Origin: Myxococcales bacterium
Lineage (GTDB): Bacteria > Myxococcota > Myxococcia > Myxococcales > Anaeromyxobacteraceae
DNA length: 10,751 nucleotides
NCBI GenBank assembly: GCA_038320275.1
Contig: JBBQEB010000131.1
Span: forward strand, 1 to 10,751
Reading direction: 5' to 3'
How positions within the stretch are numbered: position 1 is the stretch's first letter; each line of letters opens with the position of its first letter. Below, piece after piece: positions 1-6,744 of this stretch. Made by a program: the position numbers and the translations under genes. The notes beneath the pieces were generated by a model that saw nothing but the letters and a program-made list of their open reading frames with translations, did not search any database and had not been told where the DNA came from.

Positions 1-279
1 GTCGCCGGCGGGAACGCGGGTGGCGTCGGCGCAGGCGAGCACGAGGCTGTTCAACCTCCTCAGCTCCTCGTGGAGCAGGCCGACCGCATTCTCCGGGTTG
101 TCGGACCGGAGCGAATTGGAGCAGACCAGCTCGGCAAAGCCATCCAGGCGATGGGCCGGCGACCTCCGGACGGGCTTCATCTCGAGGAGCCGCACTCCGA
201 CCCCAGCGCGCGCGAGCTGCCACGCCGCCTCACTTCCGGCGAGACCTCCTCCGATGACCGTGACCGTTCTGGCGCTCAT
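1..279 (-). CDS. trmFO: Methylenetetrahydrofolate--tRNA-(uracil-5-)-methyltransferase TrmFO (Gid), N-terminal part; runs off the left edge
   Basis: Not in the ORF track; translated by hand from the ATG at 279-277: [93 protein letters not shown]. It has the GxGxxG FAD-binding motif plus the TrmFO signatures AELVCSNS and NAVGLLHEE, and lies downstream of topA as in the known dprA-topA-gid order. Confidence 0.95.
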   Translation of the reverse strand, partial: MSARTVTVIGGGLAGSEAAWQLARAGVGVRLLEMKPVRRSPAHRLDGFAELVCSNSLRSDNPENAVGLLHEELRRLNSLVLACADATRVPAGD

Positions 280-422
280 AGGGGTCGCCCGCCTGATCTC
301 TTGGCCACCGCCATGGCCTGTGCCTTAAGGGGCGAGGGTTGCCGCTCGCGAAGGGGTGGCCAGCTTGTATTCGAGGCGCGCAAGGACTTCCCCGGGCGCG
401 CACGTCTTCTGCCGGGACCCAC

Positions 423-428
423 GGAGGG
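423..428 (+). promoter_or_regulatory. Shine-Dalgarno site (GGAGGG) for the DksA/TraR-family gene
   Basis: GGAGGG lies 6 nt upstream of an in-frame GTG at 435. Confidence 0.7.
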
Positions 429-434
429 AATCAA

Positions 435-815
435 GTGCGTGCCAACGAGCTCGAAGTCCTGAAGGCCGACCTTCTCCGCCGCCGGGAGACGATCATGGAG
501 ACCACGCGCCGCGCCCAGCAGGGTCTGGACGAGATGAAGGGGGCGGAGCGGGACCCTGAGTTCGAGGAGGCCGCCCAGCGCGAGCATGAGCAGTCCACGC
601 TCTCGCTGCTCGGCGAGGTCCAGCGCCGGCATGTGGCCATGATCGATGCCGCCCTGGCGCGCGTCGCTTCCGGCGAGTACGGCGTCTGCCTCGACTGCGA
701 ATCCGAGATCGACTTCCGCCGGCTCACGGCCCTTCCCTTCGCGCTGCTCTGCGCCGAATGCGCGACGCGCCGCGAGCGGGGGCTCGCGATGCAGCCGGAC
801 GGACCTTCGCTGTAG
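435..815 (+). CDS. DksA/TraR-family C4-type zinc finger protein (126 aa), non-canonical paralog
   Basis: Helical coiled-coil N-terminus, IDAALARVASGEYGVC motif, CxxC-x17-CxxC (CLDC...CAEC) and RRLxAxP. Start moved from the ORF-track 339 to GTG 435 on the basis of the SD and protein-like content. Confidence 0.92.
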   Translation: MRANELEVLKADLLRRRETIMETTRRAQQGLDEMKGAERDPEFEEAAQREHEQSTLSLLGEVQRRHVAMIDAALARVASGEYGVCLDCESEIDFRRLTALPFALLCAECATRRERGLAMQPDGPSL

Positions 816-854
816 CGGTTTGCGAGCGCGGCATCGCGCGGGGCCCGCCGGCGG

Positions 855-876
855 GCGGGGGAGCGATCTCCCCCGC
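855..876. terminator. Strong GC hairpin in the convergent dksA-like/topA spacer; possible bidirectional terminator or 3' stabilising stem
   Basis: GCGGGGGAG-CGAT-CTCCCCCGC is a perfect 9-bp stem with a 4-nt loop. There is no U-tract on either strand. Confidence 0.45.
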
Positions 877-970
877 GGCCTGGACGGGGTACATCGGTAG
901 ACGGGGCCGGACCGGCGTGTGAAGCGCGGGCCAGGCCTTCGTCATGATGGGGACGGAGCCGGTGGGCGGC

Positions 971-3472
971 TCACGCACCGACCTCCTCCGTCACAGCGGC
1001 TCCCGCCGCTGCCGCCGCGCCGGGCTCCTCGCGGCGATAGTCGCACTCCTTGTTGGGGCAGGCGATGAAGGGGCCCGTCTTCTTGGAGTACTTGTCGAGC
1101 AGGTAGGTGCTGCCGCAGGACGGACAGCTCTCCGCCCGCGGGCGATCCCAGGAGACGAAGTCGCACTTGGGATAGGACGAGCAGCCGTAGAACGTCTTGC
1201 CGCGCTTGGAGCGGCGCTCGCTGATGTACCCGCCGCAGCCCTTGGGGCAGCTCACCCCGATGGAGATGGGCTTGGAGGTCTTGCACTCCGGGTACTTGGA
1301 GCAGGCGAGGAATTTCCCGAACCTCCCCCGCTTCACGACCATCGGCGCGGCGCAGGTGGGGCACACCTCGTCGGTCGTGATCTCCTCCTCCTTCATCGGC
1401 GCGATCGAGCCGTCCTCGCCACGCTTGAAGTTCATGGTGTTGCGGCACTCCGGGTAGCCGGTGCAGGCGAGGAACTCGCCCATGCGGCCCCACTTGATCA
1501 CCATGGGCTTCCCGCATTTCTCGCACAGGTGCTCGGTGGCGAGCTCCTGCCGCTTCACGTCGCGCATGGTAACCTCCGCCTTGGCGAGGTCCTCCTTGAA
1601 TCCGACGTAGAAGTCACCCAGCACCTTCTGCCACTGGGCGCTGCCCTCCTCGATGTCGTCGAGCCTCTCCTCCATGCCGGCGGTGAAGGCGATGTCCATC
1701 TCGCGCGGGAAGGCCCGCACCAGCTCGTCCGTGACCAGCGTGCCGAGCTCGGTGGGCTTGAAGTTTCGCTCCACCTTCTCGACGTAGGTCTTCTCCTGGA
1801 TGGTCGAGAGGATGGCGGCGTAGGTGGACGGGCGCCCGATGCCGCGCTCCTCCAGCTCCTTGATGAGCGACGACTCGTTGAAGCGCGGTGGCGGCTGGGT
1901 GAAGTGCTGCTCGGCCGCGAGCTTGTCGAGGCGCAGCTCCATGCCCTCCTCCAGCGGGGGCAGAATGCGCTCCTGGTTCTTGGGCGGCCCTTCGGTGCCA
2001 TCCTCCTGCGCCTCCGGCTGCGCGCCCGCCTCGTCCTCGGGCCGCTGGGCGCCGTAAACGGCGAGGTAGCCCGGGAACTTCAGGATGGAGCCGGTGGCCC
2101 GGAAGATGCCGCGCCCGGCCGCGAAGTCGGCGACCGTCTGGTCGTAAACGGCCGGCATCATCTGGCAGGCGACGAACCGGTTCCAGATGAGCGTGTACAG
2201 CCGGTACATGTCCTTCTCGCCCATGGCCTCGAAGAAGGGCTCCACCCGGTCGGGCGTCCACTCCAGCGAGGTGGGGCGCACCGCCTCGTGGGCCTCCTGC
2301 GCCGACTTCTGCTTCGTCTTGTAGACGATCGGCTCCGGGGGGACGTGGTCGTCGCCGTAGGTCGCGGCGACGAAGGCGCGGACCGCCGTCACGGCTTCGC
2401 TGGAGAGGCGCACCGAGTCGGTGCGCATGTAGGTGATGAGGCCCACCGCTCCCTCGTCGCCGAGCTCCACGCCTTCGTAGAGCCGCTGCGCGAGCGTCAT
2501 GGTCTTCTTGGCGCTGAAGCCGAGCCGGTTGGCAGCCTCCTGCTGCAGCTTGGCGGTGGTGAAGGGAGGCGGCGCGTTGCGGCGCCGCTCCTTCTTCTCG
2601 ACCGACGCGACGACGAAACGCTCCCGCTCCAGCTCCCGGACGAGCGCGCGCGTCGACTCGCCCTCGGTGAGCTCCGCCTTCTTGCCGTCGACCTTGGTGA
2701 GCTTGGCGCGAAAGGCGGGCGGCAGCCTCGCGGCGAGGTCGGCCTCCACGGTCCAGTACTCGACCTCTTGGAAGGCCTGGATCTCCCGCTCGCGCTCGAC
2801 CACCAGCCTCACGGCGACCGACTGCACACGCCCGGCGGAGAGCCCCCGCCGGACCTTCTTCCAGAGGATCGGGCTGATCTGGTAGCCCACCAGCCGGTCG
2901 AGGATGCGTCGCGCCTGCTGGGAGTCGAACTTCTTCCGGTCGAGATCCTGTGGCTCCTGAATGGCCTTCTGGATCGCGCCCTTGGTGATCTCGTTGAAGA
3001 GGACGCGCCGCACCTTGGGGTCGGAGCCGCCGACTCCGAGCTCTTCGGCGATGTGCCAGGCGATGGCCTCGCCCTCGCGGTCGGGGTCGGTGGCGAGGAA
3101 CACGCGCGAGGCCTTCTTGGCCGCGCGCTTGATGTCCGAGAGGACCTTGGCCTTGCCCTTGATGACGTCATAGGCCGGGATGAAACCGCCCTCGATGTCG
3201 ACGCCCATCTTCGACTTGGGCAGGTCCTTCACGTGCCCCACCGAGGCGCGCACGTCGTAGGAGCGCCCCAGATATTTCTTGATGGTCTTGGCCTTGGCGG
3301 GCGACTCCACCACGACGAGGCTCAGCCCGCCGGTTTCCGCCTTCCTCGCCGGCGACGCCTTCGCCGGAGCCTTCTCCCCGGCCCCCTTCACGGCGGCGAC
3401 CTTGGTGACCTTCGCCTTGGCAGGCGCCTTCTTCTTCGCCGCGACCTTCTCCGCTTTGACCTGTTCCGGCAT
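971..3472 (-). CDS. topA: DNA topoisomerase I (type IA), 833 aa, four C-terminal C4 zinc ribbons
   Basis: TOPRIM motifs VVVESPAKAKTI and LATDPDREGEAIAWH, SAGRVQS, catalytic GLITYMRTDS, AQEAHEAVRPT, GIGRPSTYA. Four zinc ribbons: CEKC..CTGYPEC, CPTC..CSKYPEC, CPKGC..CSSYPKC, CPSC..CPNKEC. AAGGA lies just upstream of the ATG, which is 12 nt after the dprA stop. Confidence 0.98.
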   Translation of the reverse strand: MPEQVKAEKVAAKKKAPAKAKVTKVAAVKGAGEKAPAKASPARKAETGGLSLVVVESPAKAKTIKKYLGRSYDVRASVGHVKDLPKSKMGVDIEGGFIPAYDVIKGKAKVLSDIKRAAKKASRVFLATDPDREGEAIAWHIAEELGVGGSDPKVRRVLFNEITKGAIQKAIQEPQDLDRKKFDSQQARRILDRLVGYQISPILWKKVRRGLSAGRVQSVAVRLVVEREREIQAFQEVEYWTVEADLAARLPPAFRAKLTKVDGKKAELTEGESTRALVRELERERFVVASVEKKERRRNAPPPFTTAKLQQEAANRLGFSAKKTMTLAQRLYEGVELGDEGAVGLITYMRTDSVRLSSEAVTAVRAFVAATYGDDHVPPEPIVYKTKQKSAQEAHEAVRPTSLEWTPDRVEPFFEAMGEKDMYRLYTLIWNRFVACQMMPAVYDQTVADFAAGRGIFRATGSILKFPGYLAVYGAQRPEDEAGAQPEAQEDGTEGPPKNQERILPPLEEGMELRLDKLAAEQHFTQPPPRFNESSLIKELEERGIGRPSTYAAILSTIQEKTYVEKVERNFKPTELGTLVTDELVRAFPREMDIAFTAGMEERLDDIEEGSAQWQKVLGDFYVGFKEDLAKAEVTMRDVKRQELATEHLCEKCGKPMVIKWGRMGEFLACTGYPECRNTMNFKRGEDGSIAPMKEEEITTDEVCPTCAAPMVVKRGRFGKFLACSKYPECKTSKPISIGVSCPKGCGGYISERRSKRGKTFYGCSSYPKCDFVSWDRPRAESCPSCGSTYLLDKYSKKTGPFIACPNKECDYRREEPGAAAAAGAAVTEEVGA

Positions 3473-3484
3473 AGTTCCTTGTGT

Positions 3485-4354
3485 TCAGCGCGTGCGTGCG
3501 AAGAGGTGGCCCGGGCGCTGCTCGCACAGCCCCTGCAGCTCGAGCGTGAGGAGCGCCGCCAGGGCGGGGCCCGGGAGAAGACCGGCTGCGCGCGCCACCT
3601 CGTCTGCGTGGCGCGGAGCGCGGGAGAGGGCCTCCAGCATGGCCATTTCGGGCGGCGACAATCCCGCTGCCGGACCGGTGGCGGGCAGCGAGAGCTGACC
3701 CGCGAGCCCGAGGACCGCGAGCACGTCGCCCGCCGACGCCGCCACCTTGGCGCCGGCGCGGAGGAGCGCGAGCGGTCCAGCGGAGCCCTCGGCGCGGACG
3801 TCTCCGGGCACCGCCATCACGGGCACGCCCTGCCTTCGAGCCCAGTCCGCGGTGAGCAACGCGCCGCTCCGCGCACCGGCCCGGACCACGACCACCGCCT
3901 CGCTCATGCCGCTCACGAGCCGGTTGCGGCGGGGGAAGGTCCACGCTGCCGCCGGCGCCGAGTCCTCGTACTCCGAGACGAGCGCGCCGCCCGCCTCGAC
4001 GATGCGCTCGAAGAGCGCGCGATGCCCGGCGGGGTACGTGATGTCGAGCCCGCAGCCCATGACCGCGATGGTGCGCCCGTTGGCGCGCAGGGCGGCCTCG
4101 TGCGCCGCGGCGTCGATGCCCTGCGCCCCTCCGGAGACGATGCAGACGCCGGCCCGGGCAAGGCCGTCGGCCAGCTCCTCGGCGAGCTCCCTGCCGTAAG
4201 CATCCGTCCGGCGGGAGCCGACGATGGCAACGCGGCGCTCCGAGGGAAGTCCGAGCGACCCACGAACGCGCAGCTCCTCCGGCGGATCGGGGATCGCCGA
4301 GAGCCGCGGAGGCCAGCCTTCTCCGCCGCGCGTGAGGGTCCGAACAGGGTCCAT
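3485..4354 (-). CDS. dprA: DNA-processing protein DprA (Smf), 289 aa; Rossmann fold plus C-terminal winged helix
   Basis: Motifs WPPRLSAIPDPP, VAIVGSRR, IVSGGAQGIDAAAH, TIAVMGCGLD, FPRRNRLVSGMS, SGALLTA, VMAVPG, and WH-like tail LLTLELQGL. Start set at ATG 4354 (MDPVRT...) rather than the ORF-track 4699, whose extension is translated repeat and low-complexity sequence. Confidence 0.95.
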   Translation of the reverse strand: MDPVRTLTRGGEGWPPRLSAIPDPPEELRVRGSLGLPSERRVAIVGSRRTDAYGRELAEELADGLARAGVCIVSGGAQGIDAAAHEAALRANGRTIAVMGCGLDITYPAGHRALFERIVEAGGALVSEYEDSAPAAAWTFPRRNRLVSGMSEAVVVVRAGARSGALLTADWARRQGVPVMAVPGDVRAEGSAGPLALLRAGAKVAASAGDVLAVLGLAGQLSLPATGPAAGLSPPEMAMLEALSRAPRHADEVARAAGLLPGPALAALLTLELQGLCEQRPGHLFARTR

Positions 4355-4364
4355 GAGGCGGTCC

Positions 4365-4393
4365 CCTATACCCGCCGGGTCTGGCAGCGTCAA
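4365..4393 (-). promoter_or_regulatory. Putative sigma70-type promoter for dprA-topA
   Basis: Minus strand reads TTGACG (4393-4388), exactly 17 nt, then TATAGG (4370-4365). Matches to consensus are 5/6 and 4/6, though the conserved last T of the -10 is missing. Confidence 0.55.
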
Positions 4394-4531
4394 GCAACCG
4401 GCCCCACACGCCGGCGAAATAACGGAGGAATTCAGAGATTTTGCAACAGTGCGGGCGCCTGCGCGTGGCGGGCGGGCGCGCGAGAAGCTCGACCGGGGCC
4501 ACCGCCGGACTGAGACTCGAACCCCACGATG

Positions 4532-4642
4532 GCGACCCCGCGACCCGCGACCCGCGACCCTCGACCGCGACCCGCGACCCGCGGCCTTCGACCGCGGCGT
4601 TGGACCCCGACCGCGACCTTCGACCTCGCCTCGACCGCGACT
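4532..4642. repeat. Intergenic tandem array of 6-7-mer units (GCGACCC / TCGACC)
   Basis: Six exact GCGACCC (4532, 4540, 4547, 4554, 4567, 4574), four TCGACC (4561, 4588, 4620, 4631), plus degenerate units (GCGGCCT, TGGACC, CCGACC, GCGACCT, GCGACT). The array abuts the tsaP stop codon. Confidence 0.85.
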
Positions 4643-5792
4643 ACCGCGCTCCCGCCAACTGCGGTGCCCCGGTGCGCATCTCCACCCGGTCCCCGACATA
4701 GATCTCGCGCGCGCTCCGCACCACGATGGCCGAGGACGAGGTCTGCTGGGCGTCGAGGACCACCAGCGTCGCCACCTTCTCGACCGGAAGGGTGGTGTCC
4801 TTCTCGATTGCGTTCATCCCCTCGCCGTAGGGGTCGCCGCTGCGCAGCACGGTGAAGACGTTCCCCTCCTCCACGCCGTCGGCGCGGCCCTTGTCCACGA
4901 ACACCACGTGGTGCTCGCCCAGCTCCGTCACGGAGTCCCGCCCGGCGGCGATGATGTAGCCCGAGAGCTCGCGAGCGTTCGGGCGGGGTTGCACCCGCTT
5001 CACCAGCTGCTCGTTCCAGGGGGCGAGGAAGGCGCCGCGCTCCACCGGCTCGAACGCCTGCTGGATCTCGATCGTCACGGCGCGGTCGTCCGCCGCGACC
5101 ACCCTCGCGGTGCCGATGATCGCGGACTTGTAACCAAAGAGCTCCTTGCTCACCGGGTGGCGCACCTGCCGCTCGGTCCGGAAGAGGAGGTAACTCTCGC
5201 CCGGGCGCACGCGGCCGGCGGCGGAGAAGCGCGCGTAGGCGCGGTCGCCCACCGTCAGCAGCTGCTTCTCCTCGAAAGCGGCCGTCACGACACCCGACTC
5301 CGCCAGCTCACGCGGGGTGACGAACGTGTCGCGCCGTGCCTGCACTCCGCGCTGCGGCACGAAGCCGATCTTGTAGGGCCCGGACACCGCAACGTCGTCC
5401 CATTCGCCGAGCGTCTGCGGCCGCCGCATGTCCGCCCGGCTGAACCCGTCCAGCTCCCGCGTCGGCAGCGGCTCCTCCGCGCTTTCGCGCGCCAGCTCGG
5501 GCAGCGGCAGGGCTTCCCCCACCGCGGCGGGGTCGACTCCCGGCCCGAAACGGACCGTGCCTCCGGGGTGGATGAGGTGCGGATTCGAGATCCCGGGGTT
5601 GTAGGACCACACCTTGGGCCAGGACCACGGGTCGTGGAGGAAGCGGCTCGACAGGTCCCACAGCGTGTCGCCGCGCTCCACGATGTGCGCGCCGGGCGCG
5701 GCGGGGGTCGGGGCCGAAGGGTCGGAATCAGCGGCCTGCGCGAACGCCGCGGGAGCGAGGGCGAGGAGGGCGGCGGCGGAAAACGCTCTCAT
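4641..5792 (-). CDS. tsaP: Secreted LysM peptidoglycan-binding protein, TsaP-like (type IV pilus secretin-associated protein), 383 aa
   Basis: Sec signal peptide MRAFSAAALLALAPAAFA, Pro/Ala linker, LysM HIVERGDTLWDLSSRFLHDPWSWPKVWSYNPGISNPHLIHPG (the PWxWP...NP.I.NPHLI.PG pattern is typical of TsaP), and a beta-rich C-terminus VFVDKGRADGVEEG...IYVGDRV. Position directly upstream of dprA is the usual tsaP context. SD AAGGAG at 5807-5802. Confidence 0.8.
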   Translation of the reverse strand: MRAFSAAALLALAPAAFAQAADSDPSAPTPAAPGAHIVERGDTLWDLSSRFLHDPWSWPKVWSYNPGISNPHLIHPGGTVRFGPGVDPAAVGEALPLPELARESAEEPLPTRELDGFSRADMRRPQTLGEWDDVAVSGPYKIGFVPQRGVQARRDTFVTPRELAESGVVTAAFEEKQLLTVGDRAYARFSAAGRVRPGESYLLFRTERQVRHPVSKELFGYKSAIIGTARVVAADDRAVTIEIQQAFEPVERGAFLAPWNEQLVKRVQPRPNARELSGYIIAAGRDSVTELGEHHVVFVDKGRADGVEEGNVFTVLRSGDPYGEGMNAIEKDTTLPVEKVATLVVLDAQQTSSSAIVVRSAREIYVGDRVEMRTGAPQLAGAR

Positions 5793-5890
5793 GGTGTGCG
5801 GCTCCTTGCCGGAGTGGCCATGGCCTGCCCGGCGGCGAAGGCACCCCCGCCGCGCCGCGCGCGACGGATCGAGTGAGCTCCGCGCGAGAA

Positions 5891-5908
5891 GGATCCGGCG
5901 CCGGGTCC
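5891..5908 (-). terminator. Near-perfect palindrome just after the pgeF stop; weak terminator or stem candidate
   Basis: GGATCCGGCGCCGGGTCC has 8 of 9 Watson-Crick pairs and is followed on the minus strand by TTCTC, a poor U-tract. Confidence 0.3.
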
Positions 5909-5915
5909 GGAGAGG

Positions 5916-6662
5916 TCAAGGAAGGCCAGGCGCCGCAGGTGCGATGAAGCCCACCTGGCGGCCGGTGCGCCCACGATCGCGCCGGTGGGAGAAGAACGTC
6001 TCCTTTTCGCAGGAAGTGCAGCGCCCCAGCACCTCGATGCGCTCGCGCGCCACGCCAGCCCGGCGCAGCACGAGCTCGTTCGCGAGCCACAGATCGACCC
6101 GCGAGCCGGTGGCCCGGGGCTCCGCGACCCGCGCGCCCAGGTCGTCGCGGAACGCTTGGGCGACCTCCGCCGACACGTCGTAGCAGCACGGACCAATGGC
6201 CGGTCCGACCGCGGCGAGGAGGTCCCCGGGGGCGGCGTGCACCTCCCGCGCAAGCGCCTCCACCGCGCGCGCCGCGGCATGCGCGAGCGTCCCGCGCCAG
6301 CCTGCGTGCACCGCCGCCACGGCCCCCGAGCGCGGATCGGCGAGGAGCACCGGGACGCAGTCGGCCACCGCCACGCAGGCGGCGAGACCGGACTGCACCG
6401 AGAGGATCGCATCGGCGTCCTCGCCGGCGGGACCCGGCTCCGCGGCCACCAGCACGCGGTCCCCGTGCACCTGCCGGACGCGGCAGAAAGCGAGCCCCGT
6501 CTCCCGCTGGAGCACCTCCCAGTTCCAGTCGACCTGGGCCGCCTCGTCTCCCACGGCCGCCCCCAGGTTGAGGCTCGCGAAGGGCGCGCGCGACCGGCCG
6601 CCCCGCCGGGTGGTGAACCCGTGCGGGAAGCCCGCGAGGAGCGCGCTGGAGAGCAGATCCAT
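5916..6662 (-). CDS. pgeF: PgeF/YfiH family protein (peptidoglycan editing factor / purine nucleoside-metabolising enzyme), 248 aa
   Basis: Family motifs HGFTTRRGG, SLNLG, QVHG, ADCVPVLL, AVHAGWRG, GPAIGPCCY, CTSC and FFSHRR; the His-Cys-His triad is present. Confidence 0.95.
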   Translation of the reverse strand: MDLLSSALLAGFPHGFTTRRGGRSRAPFASLNLGAAVGDEAAQVDWNWEVLQRETGLAFCRVRQVHGDRVLVAAEPGPAGEDADAILSVQSGLAACVAVADCVPVLLADPRSGAVAAVHAGWRGTLAHAAARAVEALAREVHAAPGDLLAAVGPAIGPCCYDVSAEVAQAFRDDLGARVAEPRATGSRVDLWLANELVLRRAGVARERIEVLGRCTSCEKETFFSHRRDRGRTGRQVGFIAPAAPGLP

Positions 6663-6714
6663 GGGCCTTCCATTGCGGCGACCGGCGGCTGGCGCAACGG
6701 GGACGACCGCCCAG

Positions 6715-6744
6715 TTGGCGCGCGGCGCGGCCCCGGTCTACCTT
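6715..6744 (+). promoter_or_regulatory. Putative sigma70-type promoter for the GGDEF gene
   Basis: TTGGCG (6715-6720), 18 nt, TACCTT (6739-6744; TAnnnT), ending 13 nt before ATG 6758. Confidence 0.4.

Noticed and set aside
345..410. Sigma54-like (minus strand TGGCCACCCCTTCGC) and ECF-like (plus strand GGACTT...CGTCTT) promoter motifs in the trmFO/dksA-like spacer
   Set aside because: Too many mismatches or off-consensus spacing to support without TSS data.
724..978. 84-aa minus-strand ORF following topA
   Set aside because: Overlaps the dksA-like gene antisense and the hairpin cluster; Pro/Arg/Ala-rich with no motif.
944..4513. 1189-aa plus-strand ORF
   Set aside because: Antisense shadow of topA and dprA. 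Stop codons are rare at this GC level and codon bias, and the translation has no recognisable motifs.
4532..4642. Repeat array as a CRISPR or iteron array
   Set aside because: Units are 6-7 nt with no unique spacers, and there are no cas or rep genes.
4355..4699. In-frame 115-aa N-terminal extension of DprA in the ORF track (possible SAM remnant or tsaP-dprA frameshift fusion)
   Set aside because: It is the translation of the repeat array and promoter region (RGSRGR...), is not SAM-like and overlaps tsaP. No slippery site was seen, and an SD-like sequence precedes ATG 4354.
310..5827. Shared 11-mer GCCATGGCCTG upstream of trmFO (310-320) and tsaP (5817-5827)
   Set aside because: One GC-rich 11-mer match among the intergenic sequence is about what chance would give at this composition, and there is no third intergenic copy.
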